64,000 bases of DNA from Cladosporium halotolerans (Eukaryota), in assembly GCF_011745625.1 (NCBI RefSeq), contig NW_027191452.1:1240001-1304000 (forward strand), written 5' to 3'. The notes beneath the pieces are model-generated. The model did no database searches. It saw only the letters and a list, made by a program, of their open reading frames with translations, and was not told the origin of the DNA. The stretch's first letter is position 1; each line of letters begins with the position of its first letter. Of this stretch, positions 22,859-32,799 are shown piece by piece. Both the position numbers and the translations under genes were made by a program.

Positions 22859-24104
22859 TTATGTAGCCAAGTAATCGATCCGACCGCCTCTCCGAGAGGA
22901 CTGTGCAGCCAGCGTCGCATTCCGCGGCTGCAGCAGCACTCCCACGGCCCACCGCCTTCCCCCTCTTGTGTTCTGTGACGCCATGCGCCGGAAGTCCTCG
23001 TTGTACAGCGCGACGGCCAGCGGCGCCGCCTCGTCGGGCTGGACGCGGAGCCCGCAGTGCTCGGACACCGCGAGGCTCGCGGCGCACATGGCTTCGTGCT
23101 CGACGTCGTAGACCGCCGTCAGGTCGTGCGGCGCCGTGAACGTCGTCCATGGCACCGCGCCGATGGGGATCTCCAGGTCGTCCCAGTACCTCGACCTGGA
23201 CGGGTCCGGAGCCGACTGCTGGGCGTGCAGGTAGCGGCCCAGCGCTTGCTCCCAGAAGCCCGAGGACGGCGCCGCGCCGAAGACCTGCGTGCTCTTGCCG
23301 GAGAAGGCCATGCAGACGCCGCTGAGCGTCACGCCGTTGGCGAAGTCGCATATCACCGCGCCGAACGCTGGTATCTCGGCCGGTCGCGTGCCAAGAGTCG
23401 CGAAGGCAGACACTGGGAGCGTGTCGCGCTCCAGCTGTAGCGACACGGTGCCCTGGCCATGGACGATTTCGGCGTGGTGGTGCAACGGGAATGGCACAGG
23501 CTCTGGTCGCGCTTCGGAGTCTGGTGTGGGAACGTGGTCGCGCAGCTTCTGCTGGTCGCCAATGGCCATGCCCTCGACGGATAGAACCATCTTGTCCATA
23601 TGAGATTCCAATTGCCCGTCCCTTCCACCCTGGCGGTGATCCTCCGTGAACGCAGGTATATCGTATGTACTCGCGGCAATCGTCATTTCATTCACATGCG
23701 GGCCTGCGGGCCAAAGTCAGCGACATATACATCTGGCGTCGTCGTTGTCATCGCCATCGCGAGGAGGCCATACTTTCCCGCGGGCAGACCACGCCGCGAC
23801 TCCGCAGCTGCTCGACGCCGTGTCGGTCGACGAGGCACTCGACGGCATTGATCGCTCCACGAAGGTACGGGAGCTCTTCCGACCGGACCCAGAGGCTCAC
23901 GCCCGGCAGCCCGACCTCGTGCTCACCCAGCACGAACACCTTGCTCGCGCTGGTCCGGTCCGGCAATCGACTGAGGTCGGCCAGCAATCCATCCAGGCTG
24001 CTCTGCGCGTCGTCGCGGACAGCATCGGCAGAGGAGCGGCAGCGCTGCCTCGCCTGGCAGTGTCGCTTGATCCTCGCGTGGGCTGCCCGGATCTCGTCGC
24101 TCAT
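22859..24104 (-). CDS. Hypothetical protein (about 390 aa, two exons)
   Basis: Two ORF-track frames join through intron 23773-23704 (GTATGG..GCTGAC..CAG) to give MSDEIRAAHARIK...PRESPHVNEMTIAAS... Strong GC3 bias in the 3' part. The start is uncertain. Confidence 0.6.
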
Positions 24105-25465
24105 CGTTCGCCCATCAATGGTGAGGGTTCGGTGGGCGCGGTGCTCGACGCAGCAGCCCCTGGGAAGGCCTCCAGTCCCATTTCTCAGTAGGCGGTGGAA
24201 GAGCAGGGCGGCCGTGGTCTTGGCGGCGTCCGCTCCGATCGCTTGCTCCGGCGTCGAGATCGTGGACTGGGAGCCATATCGCAGTAGTAGAGGGAGACCC
24301 ACCGAGTCTGGCCCTGCCCGTAGTATTAGATCCTTTTAGGCGAGCCAAGGGTCTGCGATCTCCGTCCTGGAGGCCGATTCGCTTCGGCCATTATTTGAGG
24401 CCATCTAGGCACGGCACCCGTGATCAATGTTCGCGCGCAGGACCAGGAGCCGGCGCTTGTGCCTCTGCTCAGCCTCCGGTGGGAGGAAGCAGGTGAGATT
24501 TGGGTTCAGCGTCTACCTCGTCTTGTATGTAAATTAACTTGCGCAGGTCGCTCAGGGTGTTCGAGTAGCGGGCTATGTGAGCTTCCTCGGCACGCTGTTG
24601 AACTACTACAATCGTTGGTTAGGTGCTCAGCACACATCTACAGAGGGGTTTCGGAGCTACTTTCCAACAATAACGGGGCGATCGTGAGACATAGCCCTTG
24701 ATGTCGTGCAGATCGGGAAAGGCTCCGCTCCGGCTTGCGGGCATACTGCGATCGATGGCGGCGCGCGTTGCCGTTTCCTGCCTTGCGGCTGGCTCTCCGG
24801 GGCTTGAGTTATTGCATTCTGGAGCCCAAGTAGTCCTGAGGTCGGGATCTGACCGTGGAAGCTCTTGTGCTACAGATTGGCTTCGCTGTGGCACCACAGC
24901 TCGAGCAATCGGCGCGATCTGATTGGCCATGGCTGAGGAAACTAGTTTACTCTTAGCGCGTGAAGGTAGGCAAGTGATTTATGTTTTCGTTGCTGTCTTG
25001 GTCGATTCCAATTGTTGATTTCGAGGCCCCTCATTTGCAGTGATACTACCGCCCAAGCATTCTCAGCCTACATCGATTCTCTGGCCATGGTGTAGCCCGG
25101 GTTGGTGGACATGCGAGCAACTTCCTTCCAATCAGTACACTCTCTGAGTGAGCGACAACGTCGAATGGGTCGACTTGTAATCAAGACGAGGAACGTATGC
25201 CATCTAGCAACAACATGTATATTTTGGACACCGAGTTGTCCAAGAGTGATTCCAAGGCCAAACGTGGCTTGACCGTCAGATGCATCAGAATTCGCGTTGG
25301 TTAATCAAGGACCTTTTTATTGACCGCAGTATCTGAGCTCACCCAAGCCCATAGTGTGCAAAGCAGGCCGCGAGACGACGCCTCCTCCCTGAATCGGATG
25401 CCGCAGTGCTCCACCTTCTGGCTTCAAAGCGCGATCGAAGCGTTGGCAAGGCGGTCCCCGGCCCA

Positions 25466-26280
25466 TCAAGAGATCTCCCCGGCCGCTCTGCGTATCACAC
25501 CAGCCGTCTCGACCGGCATCCTGAGCATCGGACTGTGTGACGACTGCAGAGTAACATCTTCCACTGATGCAGCACCGCCCGTTCTGCCTGCACATTTGCG
25601 GCAAGTCTCGACCATTTCCAGTTGATCCGCGACGGGGATGGCGTTGTCCTTAGCGCACACGAGGTATGTGACTGGAAACTCAGCCCATCCTTCGTGCTGC
25701 GCAGGAGACGTGAACGCTTCCACGGGCATTGACAACAGGGTCGAAGCCGCTCTTGCGGCGAGCTCGGGCGCTACGTCGTTGTAGAAGACTGGAATCGGGT
25801 CTGGGATCGTGGCGTGGTCACCCTGCAAGAGTGAAAGATGTTAGCAAGGTGTTTCAAGAAGAGAGCAATGCATACACCGACCTCCGCTTGCGCGTATGTC
25901 GGCGGTGCTTTCGCTTGAAAGTCGACAAGGGAGACGCCTTGCGGAACGATGAAGGCGGAGATGCAGACCACTCGAGGGATCTTCGCTTTCTGATAGGGGC
26001 TGAGCGACGCGAGCGCATCGAACCCAGGGATTCCAGCATATGAGTGGAAGACCGGGACGATGGAAATAGCGCCATCGTCGATGGCTTTTACAATTGCGTC
26101 CTTGATGGCCACGGTATCTTTCGCCATTGGATCTGAGAGCGAACGGGAGCCTACAGAAGGCAAGCGCGGGACTGAAACAGGATAGCCTGCCGACTCGAGG
26201 ACCTTGACAAGAGGGTCCCAGTGGTGAGGCTGGTGGTAAGCCCCAGGGACAAGGATGATGTGGGCTTTAGTATTGGCCAT
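25466..26280 (-). CDS. Alpha/beta hydrolase (Abhydrolase_6, methylesterase-like)
   Basis: Exons 26280-25882 and 25822-25466. Motifs IILVPGAYH, nucleophile elbow FHSYAG, YLVCAKDNAIP (acid) and SSHSPML (His). Confidence 0.9.
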
Positions 26281-27329
26281 GATTGTTGAGCACTCGATTG
26301 TGCAATCTTGTAACGAAACGAGAAGGCGCTGTGAAGGTAAAATTCGGCCCATTGACCTGCTACCTACTTTATATCAGGTAGATTAATTGAGCATTGCTTG
26401 TTGTCGAGGATCGATTACAAAGGATACTACCTTGCTTGCATTGCAGCTACGTTGGTGCCGCGACCGACAATCTGAAGGATCGTGCTTGGAGTTCCACCAT
26501 TCAATGACAGTCCCGCAAGAGGTTACAAAGCATGCTGTGATCAGTCAACTGCACGCCTGTGCAGTGCTCGCTGACAAAGCCACCGTTGATCTTGGCTGTA
26601 AGATACGTGTACTTGGCCCTGGTGCCGAATGACGTGAGTGCGACTTGCACCTTCGGCAGCATCAAGTCTAGGAACCAGCTCAGTCGAAGCACCTTGGAAC
26701 GCAGCAGCGTGCGTGTCATCGTTTTTGACATGGACGGGGAGGGTCGGGATATCGAGGTTCACGTGGTCGTTGAAACACAGCGGAGACTTCGGCTGTTTCG
26801 GGCAATGCGGCAGGATTCTGGGGAAGGCCGAGGAGGGCTGCAGCAGTGAAAGGGTGCGGCGCGCGGTGCTGTGGGACGATGGCCGGCGAGGCGAGCTTCC
26901 TGCGGTTGGGGCACAACGACTGCTGCCTTTGTTGCGGCAACACTCGCCGACGCACCCTCTTGGCCCCCAACCTGCACTCATTGCCCATCCACCGACCGCC
27001 AGTATACTTACCACCCTTGGGCTGCCTCCCTCCACGTGCAACGCGACTTTCGCGCCAACCGAGCGTCTTGCGGCCGTATGACGTCCGACTTCTGCTCAGC
27101 CGGCCCATAACCGTGACCAGCCTCAGACTCTTCCCCATCGCGTCCTGACTCGACCCTTTACCAACACCTCGCCCACCGGCATCCATATTCTGCATGATTT
27201 GATCACTCGCTTGCCCTCTGCTCGACAAGGCATTTCGCGCGCCCGCGCTTTGCTTGCTGCTCTGCTTGCTGCGCTGCTCCAGCCATCGCTCCTCTGTCCG
27301 CGCAGCTTTCTCCAACGCCGCGAAACACA

Positions 27330-29834
27330 ATGAACTACGTACGCGGCCTCGGCTCCAGCGTTTCCACCGCCTGGAACAGCATCAACCCAGCGACGCTCAG
27401 CGGCGCCATCGATGTCATCGTGGTCGAGCAGGAGGATGGCTCGCTCGCCTGTTCCCCGTTTCACATTCGCTTTGGCAAGTTCAGTCTGTTGAGGCCGTCC
27501 GATAAAAAAGTGGAATTCCAGATAAATGGAGAGAAGCAAGATTTTCCGATGAAGCTGGGCGAGGGAGGAGAGGCTTTCTTCGTGTTCGAAACGAAAGAGA
27601 GCATTCCCGAGGCTCTGCAGACAAGTCCGCTTGTAAGCCCAGCAGCGAGCCCGGAGCTACAACCCAGCGCGCCTAATGCGCCTTCATTGCAAGAGCCAGA
27701 TTCGTTCGCGCTCGAGGGCTCAGGGCAAGGGAACCTCGAAGATGGTGTTGGGCTCAAAAACCAATCTGACGGTCAGGAACTCACTCGCAGCACCACTGAG
27801 GGTCTGACATTACCAACAATTTCAAAAGCTAGGAGCGAGGGCGACATACCGCCTTTGGCTGGAGCGGGTGACCAGTCGAGTCGTCGACCTTTGTCAGGTG
27901 AAATCACAAAAACGAACCAGGCGCCCCCAGCCCCGAGGCTCGATCGGACTGCCACCGATGGCGACTTGCCTTCCGCAAAAGCCGCAATAGCGCAGTCGTT
28001 GGATAACTCTGAGCTCTTGCCTCCGGTCACAGCACCGCGACCGAGTTCGTCGACACGAGCCCCTACAGATCGTTCTGCAAGCCCCCCGCCTTGGTCGAAA
28101 GATGAGGCAGTCTCGCGAGCGATCAATCTGTCGAAGAAGCTGTGGACCTCAAACATTGCTACTCAGGTGACTGACTCGGGAGATCTCATGCTCGACATGA
28201 CGGGCTACAAAAGCGACACCAGCGAAGCCCTTCAAGCTGAAGGCATCGCACGCAAACTGCTATCTGAAGAGTTGGAAGGTCCATATGACATCGGCGCGTT
28301 GATTGGAGCAGACGAGAAAGGAAACCTCTGGATTTACAGCAGCGAAGAGGCTAAGCACGCGGCAAGTAAAAAGGCCGCGGCCGACGGACTGGGGGCTCTG
28401 CAGGCCGGTTTCCAATCTTCAGATGCACTCTCAGACCCTGGCTACCACAGTGACGACGCGCGTAGCGATACTACCGCCGAATTTGTAGGGACGCATTTCA
28501 GACGAGACAGCGACAGCGCAGTCGGTATGGCATCTCAGCCATCTTCTCCTGGACCTGCAACCACTGCTGGCGACCCGAATCGCAATTATGCGAAGACCCT
28601 CCGCTTGACCTCCGATCAGCTGAAAGCCATGAATTTGAAGTCGGGAGGAAACCCCATGTCCTTCTCGGTCAACCGCGCGACCTGTAGCGCGACTTTGTGG
28701 TATTGGAAGCATGATGTGCCAATTGTCATTTCGGACATTGATGGCACAATCACCAAAAGTGATGTCTTGGGCCATGTGCTCACGACCATCGGCCGCGACT
28801 GGACCCATCAGGGTGTGGCGAAGCTTTATACCGAGATCTCAGCCAACGGATACAATTTCCTATACCTGACATCTCGTAGTGTAGGCCAAGCGGACACGAC
28901 GCGCGGCTACATTGACGGTGTCGCGCAGGACGGGTTCAAACTCCCCAAGGGTCCCATCATTCTCAGCCCTGATCGGACCATCGCTGCACTTCGTCGCGAA
29001 GTGTACCTCCGCAAGCCGGAGATCTTCAAGATGGCGTGTCTCCGCGACATCATGGCGTTGTTTGCCGGCCACGGTGGAACCAACGACACTTCGGCTTCGG
29101 CTGCTGAGGGCTTGTCCCAGCTTCCCATCGGCATGGCTCCTGGTCGCGGCAAAGGAGGGAGTCCATTCTACGCAGGATTCGGCAACCGTCTCACAGACGC
29201 TCTGAGCTATCGAAGTGTCAACATCCCCTCGACGAGAATCTTCACCATCAATTCGAACTCCGAGGTCAGCCTTGACCTACTCAGTCTCAACAAATACAAG
29301 ACCGGATACGCCAGCATGCGTGAGATCGTAGACCACTACTTTCCGCCCATCGGCCTGCGCATGCTGGTAGAGGGCGGTGCCGAGGATTTTACCGATTTCA
29401 ACTATTGGCGAGACAAACCCCTGGACATCGTAGACTTCACAGACTCCGAGAGCGACTCCGGCGACATCGATGAAGAGCTGGCTGCTGGCGCCAACTCTCT
29501 CGATCTCGACAGGGCGCAGACAAATCGCACGTCCGCCAGCATCATGTCAGGTGGCAGCGCTATCTTGAGCGAAGACGAGGCGGGGAGCGAGATGCTGGAT
29601 TCGTATCTGAGCGAGGCGAGGCCCAGCATGGACGAGTCCATCTACGAGAGTATTGAGGAAGACGATGAGGACGACGAAGACGGTGACGAAGATCTCACGA
29701 GTTCCATGCTTGAAGACGAAGAGTACGAGGGCGACGAGGAGGAAGTCGCCGGCAGGACAACGCCGCCTCGGGATACAAGCGCCGAGACCCAGCAGGGTAG
29801 TAGAACGCCGAAGAGGCAGAATGCTCGACGGTGA
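27330..29834 (+). CDS. PAH1: Lipin / Mg2+-dependent phosphatidate phosphatase
   Basis: N-LIP domain (NPATLSGAIDVIVVEQ..CSPFHIRFGKF) and C-LIP HAD domain with ISDIDGTITKSD and FYAGFGNRLTD. Confidence 0.97.
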   Translation: MNYVRGLGSSVSTAWNSINPATLSGAIDVIVVEQEDGSLACSPFHIRFGKFSLLRPSDKKVEFQINGEKQDFPMKLGEGGEAFFVFETKESIPEALQTSPLVSPAASPELQPSAPNAPSLQEPDSFALEGSGQGNLEDGVGLKNQSDGQELTRSTTEGLTLPTISKARSEGDIPPLAGAGDQSSRRPLSGEITKTNQAPPAPRLDRTATDGDLPSAKAAIAQSLDNSELLPPVTAPRPSSSTRAPTDRSASPPPWSKDEAVSRAINLSKKLWTSNIATQVTDSGDLMLDMTGYKSDTSEALQAEGIARKLLSEELEGPYDIGALIGADEKGNLWIYSSEEAKHAASKKAAADGLGALQAGFQSSDALSDPGYHSDDARSDTTAEFVGTHFRRDSDSAVGMASQPSSPGPATTAGDPNRNYAKTLRLTSDQLKAMNLKSGGNPMSFSVNRATCSATLWYWKHDVPIVISDIDGTITKSDVLGHVLTTIGRDWTHQGVAKLYTEISANGYNFLYLTSRSVGQADTTRGYIDGVAQDGFKLPKGPIILSPDRTIAALRREVYLRKPEIFKMACLRDIMALFAGHGGTNDTSASAAEGLSQLPIGMAPGRGKGGSPFYAGFGNRLTDALSYRSVNIPSTRIFTINSNSEVSLDLLSLNKYKTGYASMREIVDHYFPPIGLRMLVEGGAEDFTDFNYWRDKPLDIVDFTDSESDSGDIDEELAAGANSLDLDRAQTNRTSASIMSGGSAILSEDEAGSEMLDSYLSEARPSMDESIYESIEEDDEDDEDGDEDLTSSMLEDEEYEGDEEEVAGRTTPPRDTSAETQQGSRTPKRQNARR

Positions 29835-30658
29835 GCTCTGCATGTTCGAGCCTAATTAGCGAGCGCGCGATTTACATGCGCGGGGTTTAAGCGAGCGTTC
29901 ATTCGATAAATTAAATAATACAGACGGCGACTAGCCTGTACGATTAAAGCGTTGCGGTGCGCTAGACCTCATCATCTTGACGCTTTCTTGTTGTCATTTC
30001 TCCGGAAGTGTGACGCCGCGCGATGGCTCGCCTGTGACGCAGTCACTGTTCGCAATCGCAGGCATTGTTCTTCACGAGAACGCCAAAACGTATTCCTCAG
30101 CGACCGTGCAAATAGTTGACTGCTTCGTCTCTGGTGATGACCCGAGAGATTTCGGCATCGCATTGCATTGCGCAGGTATGTAAGCGTGCATAAAATTGAC
30201 TTCCCGTGAACTGTCACATGTCAACGTCAGACTCGGCCTTTGCCTCCAGCTGGGTCGAGGCCCCGAGCCGGAAGGCATTGGCGACGTCATGCACTAAGAA
30301 ACGGCCCAAGGTTTGCCGCCAGCAGAAACGCCATTCTAGTTCGGCATCCGCGCACACGACCTCTTTCTACTTCCTGATTTTTCCCTGCCCGCCCTGTTTC
30401 ACAGCCTTCTCCTTTTCCACACCTCTCTTCCTCCGGCAGGAATCAGCACTGTCTCTTCAGCAGCCACGCCTTGTACATAGCCACAATCTTATCAGCACCA
30501 CATCTTACTTTCACTTACGGCTGCGAAAACTCGCCTCACTCGACGATTCCTGGCCTTCCGAGAGCTCCGTCGTGAGCACGCGACACCGCTGCCGATCGTT
30601 TCTCAGCGTTTGGCGAAATTTTGGGCCCATTGCACCGCCACGCGAGGGAAAAAGTACA

Positions 30659-32275
30659 ATGGCTTCGTACCTGCCCTCCATGGGCAGCTTCAGCCCAATC
30701 AACAGTTTTCCGGGCTACCACGGCCCCTACGAAGTCGGCACCGTCGACGTCGAAATTCCTGTCGCCGATCTGCCTGCCGTCAGCGAGCTGCCCGAGGGCG
30801 CTGTAGACACCATCGCTTTTCGCATTTTCTACCCTTGTAAGAGCCCTGGGAAGGGCGAGCACAGCAGGCCCGTACGATGGATCCCGCAGCCTCAGCGCGA
30901 GACGATCCACTCTTTTGCGAAATTCCTGGGCGCGGGAAATAAGCTGGCGAGTTTGATTTCGTGGATGCCGCAGCAGCTGTTCTGGATCAAGTTGCCTGCG
31001 CACAGAAATGCCGCGATGCTCGACCCGCCTACGGACAGCGAGAGGTGGCCGGTGACGATGTTTTCTCACGGCTTGGCCGGCAGCCGCAACACCTACTCGT
31101 ACATCTGCGGAGACATGGCCAGCCACGGCATGGTGGTCATCGCGATGGACCACCGAGACGGCAGCAGCCCTATCCAGCACGTCCGCGCCACTGCCGATAC
31201 GCCTGCGCGGTCAATTCCGACGAAGAAGATTCCTCACACGCCGACGCCGGAGACTTACGAGGCGAGAGACGCGCAGCTCCGAATCAGACTGTGGGAGATC
31301 AGCATGGCGTTCGAAGCGCTCATGAAGATCGACGCTGGGCAAAAGGTGGAAAACCTAGACGACAACACAAGCTGGTCGCGGAAAGAGCGGACTGAGGTCC
31401 TGGCACAATTCGAAGGACTCCTGGACATCCACACGCCCGGCAAAGTCAGCTGGGCCGGCCACTCCTTCGGCGCCGCGACCACCGTCCAGCTGCTCAAGAG
31501 CATCTTTTACCACCCCGAGAAACCCGCCTCCGCCTCCAACCCGCTCATAACCCCCAACTCCGACGCCGCCATCGTGCAGCAAATCCTCCCCGAATCCCCC
31601 GCCCTCCTCCTCGACATGTGGTGCCTGCCCTTCCGCTCGCCCGCCCAGCGCTGGCTCCTCGACCGCCCCATGCCCTCCTACAGCCCCGCCGGCCCGCACG
31701 GCGCCAACATCCTCTCCGTCCTCTCCGAAGGCTTCTACAAGTGGGCCGACAACTGCGCCGCGACGAAGCAGATCGTCTCCGGCCCCGCCCATGCGCAACA
31801 ACCCGCCCCCAGCCCTCTAGCAGCAGCTTCCAACCCCGCCCTCGCGCACCTCCGCGACGACTCGCCCGCGCGCGACTCCGGCTATGCCTCGTCCTCGACC
31901 TCCTCTTCCGCTCCGCCCGAGCGCAAACCCGCGACGCCAGGCCCGCACGTCTTCTACCCGCCGCGCAGCCAGCACTTCAACCAGAGCGACTTCGGCGTGC
32001 TGTTCCCGTGGGTCACGCGGCGGTTCGCGAAAGCCGAGGAGCCGGAGCGGATCGTCGAGCTGAACGTCAGGGCCATGGTGCAGGTGATGCGCGAGGCGGG
32101 GGTGGAGGTCGCTGGGGAGGCGGACGGGGGGATTTTGGCGAAGGAAGGGGGTGGAGTGAGGGGCTGGGTTTGCGTGCCTGTTGGGGAGGACTTGGAGGCG
32201 GAGGGCGCTGTGGAGAGGAGGCTGAGTGCGGGGGATCAGAGTCCGAGGGATGGGGGGGAGGAGGTGGAGATGTAG
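30659..32275 (+). CDS. Platelet-activating factor acetylhydrolase (PAF-AH II-like phospholipase A2)
   Basis: GPYEVGTVDVE, FRIFYP, FSHGLAGSRNTYS, DHRDGS, nucleophile GHSFG, LDMW and HFNQSDF. Start ACAATG at 30659. Confidence 0.93.
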   Translation: MASYLPSMGSFSPINSFPGYHGPYEVGTVDVEIPVADLPAVSELPEGAVDTIAFRIFYPCKSPGKGEHSRPVRWIPQPQRETIHSFAKFLGAGNKLASLISWMPQQLFWIKLPAHRNAAMLDPPTDSERWPVTMFSHGLAGSRNTYSYICGDMASHGMVVIAMDHRDGSSPIQHVRATADTPARSIPTKKIPHTPTPETYEARDAQLRIRLWEISMAFEALMKIDAGQKVENLDDNTSWSRKERTEVLAQFEGLLDIHTPGKVSWAGHSFGAATTVQLLKSIFYHPEKPASASNPLITPNSDAAIVQQILPESPALLLDMWCLPFRSPAQRWLLDRPMPSYSPAGPHGANILSVLSEGFYKWADNCAATKQIVSGPAHAQQPAPSPLAAASNPALAHLRDDSPARDSGYASSSTSSSAPPERKPATPGPHVFYPPRSQHFNQSDFGVLFPWVTRRFAKAEEPERIVELNVRAMVQVMREAGVEVAGEADGGILAKEGGGVRGWVCVPVGEDLEAEGAVERRLSAGDQSPRDGGEEVEM

Positions 32276-32710
32276 GGGGTAGTTCCGTGTGGTTCCGTGT
32301 ATGGAAGATGGGAGGGGTGTTGGGTTGGCCTTTTTTTTTTTTTTTCTTGCTTTTGGCTGGTGGTGGCATTTGCATGGCGTTTGTGTTCGGTTGCGTCGGC
32401 GCTGGGATTTTGTTTCTTGGTTTTTTGGATTTTTTGGATACCCACACGCTGATTTCGAGCGAAAGTAAGCACAGCATACAGGAGCAACTAGAGGGACAAG
32501 TTTTCCTCGACCAGTAGTCACACCCACGCTCAGCATCTGTTTGTCATCCACGAAGTCGCCAGTGGAAGCCTTTCTCGAGCCGGAAGTGGACACTTAGGTA
32601 TCGCATACACGAAAAGCGGCCGTCCGACGCATGTTGATACACGGCTCGCACTGCAGGTAGTGAGGCGGGTAGGGAGTGACACATGTTGACTTGCTGACCT
32701 TAATGTTGCA

Positions 32711-32799
32711 CTAACCCTAACCCTAGAGGGAGCTGTGGAAGGTGACAACCGCCAGCGGACTTTTGTTCGATCTTCCCACGCTGCCCTAACCCTAACCCT
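32711..32799 (+). repeat. Two short interstitial telomeric repeat tracts (CCCTAA)
   Basis: CTAACCCTAACCCTA at 32711-32725 and CCCTAACCCTAACCCT at about 32784-32799. Confidence 0.75.

Noticed and set aside
26500..27330. Overlapping ORFs upstream of PAH1
   Set aside because: No coherent splice model or domain. More consistent with promoter or 5' leader sequence.
30206..30658. 151-codon in-frame N-terminal extension of PAF-AH
   Set aside because: It spans CT-rich promoter or leader DNA. Family similarity begins only at ATG 30659.
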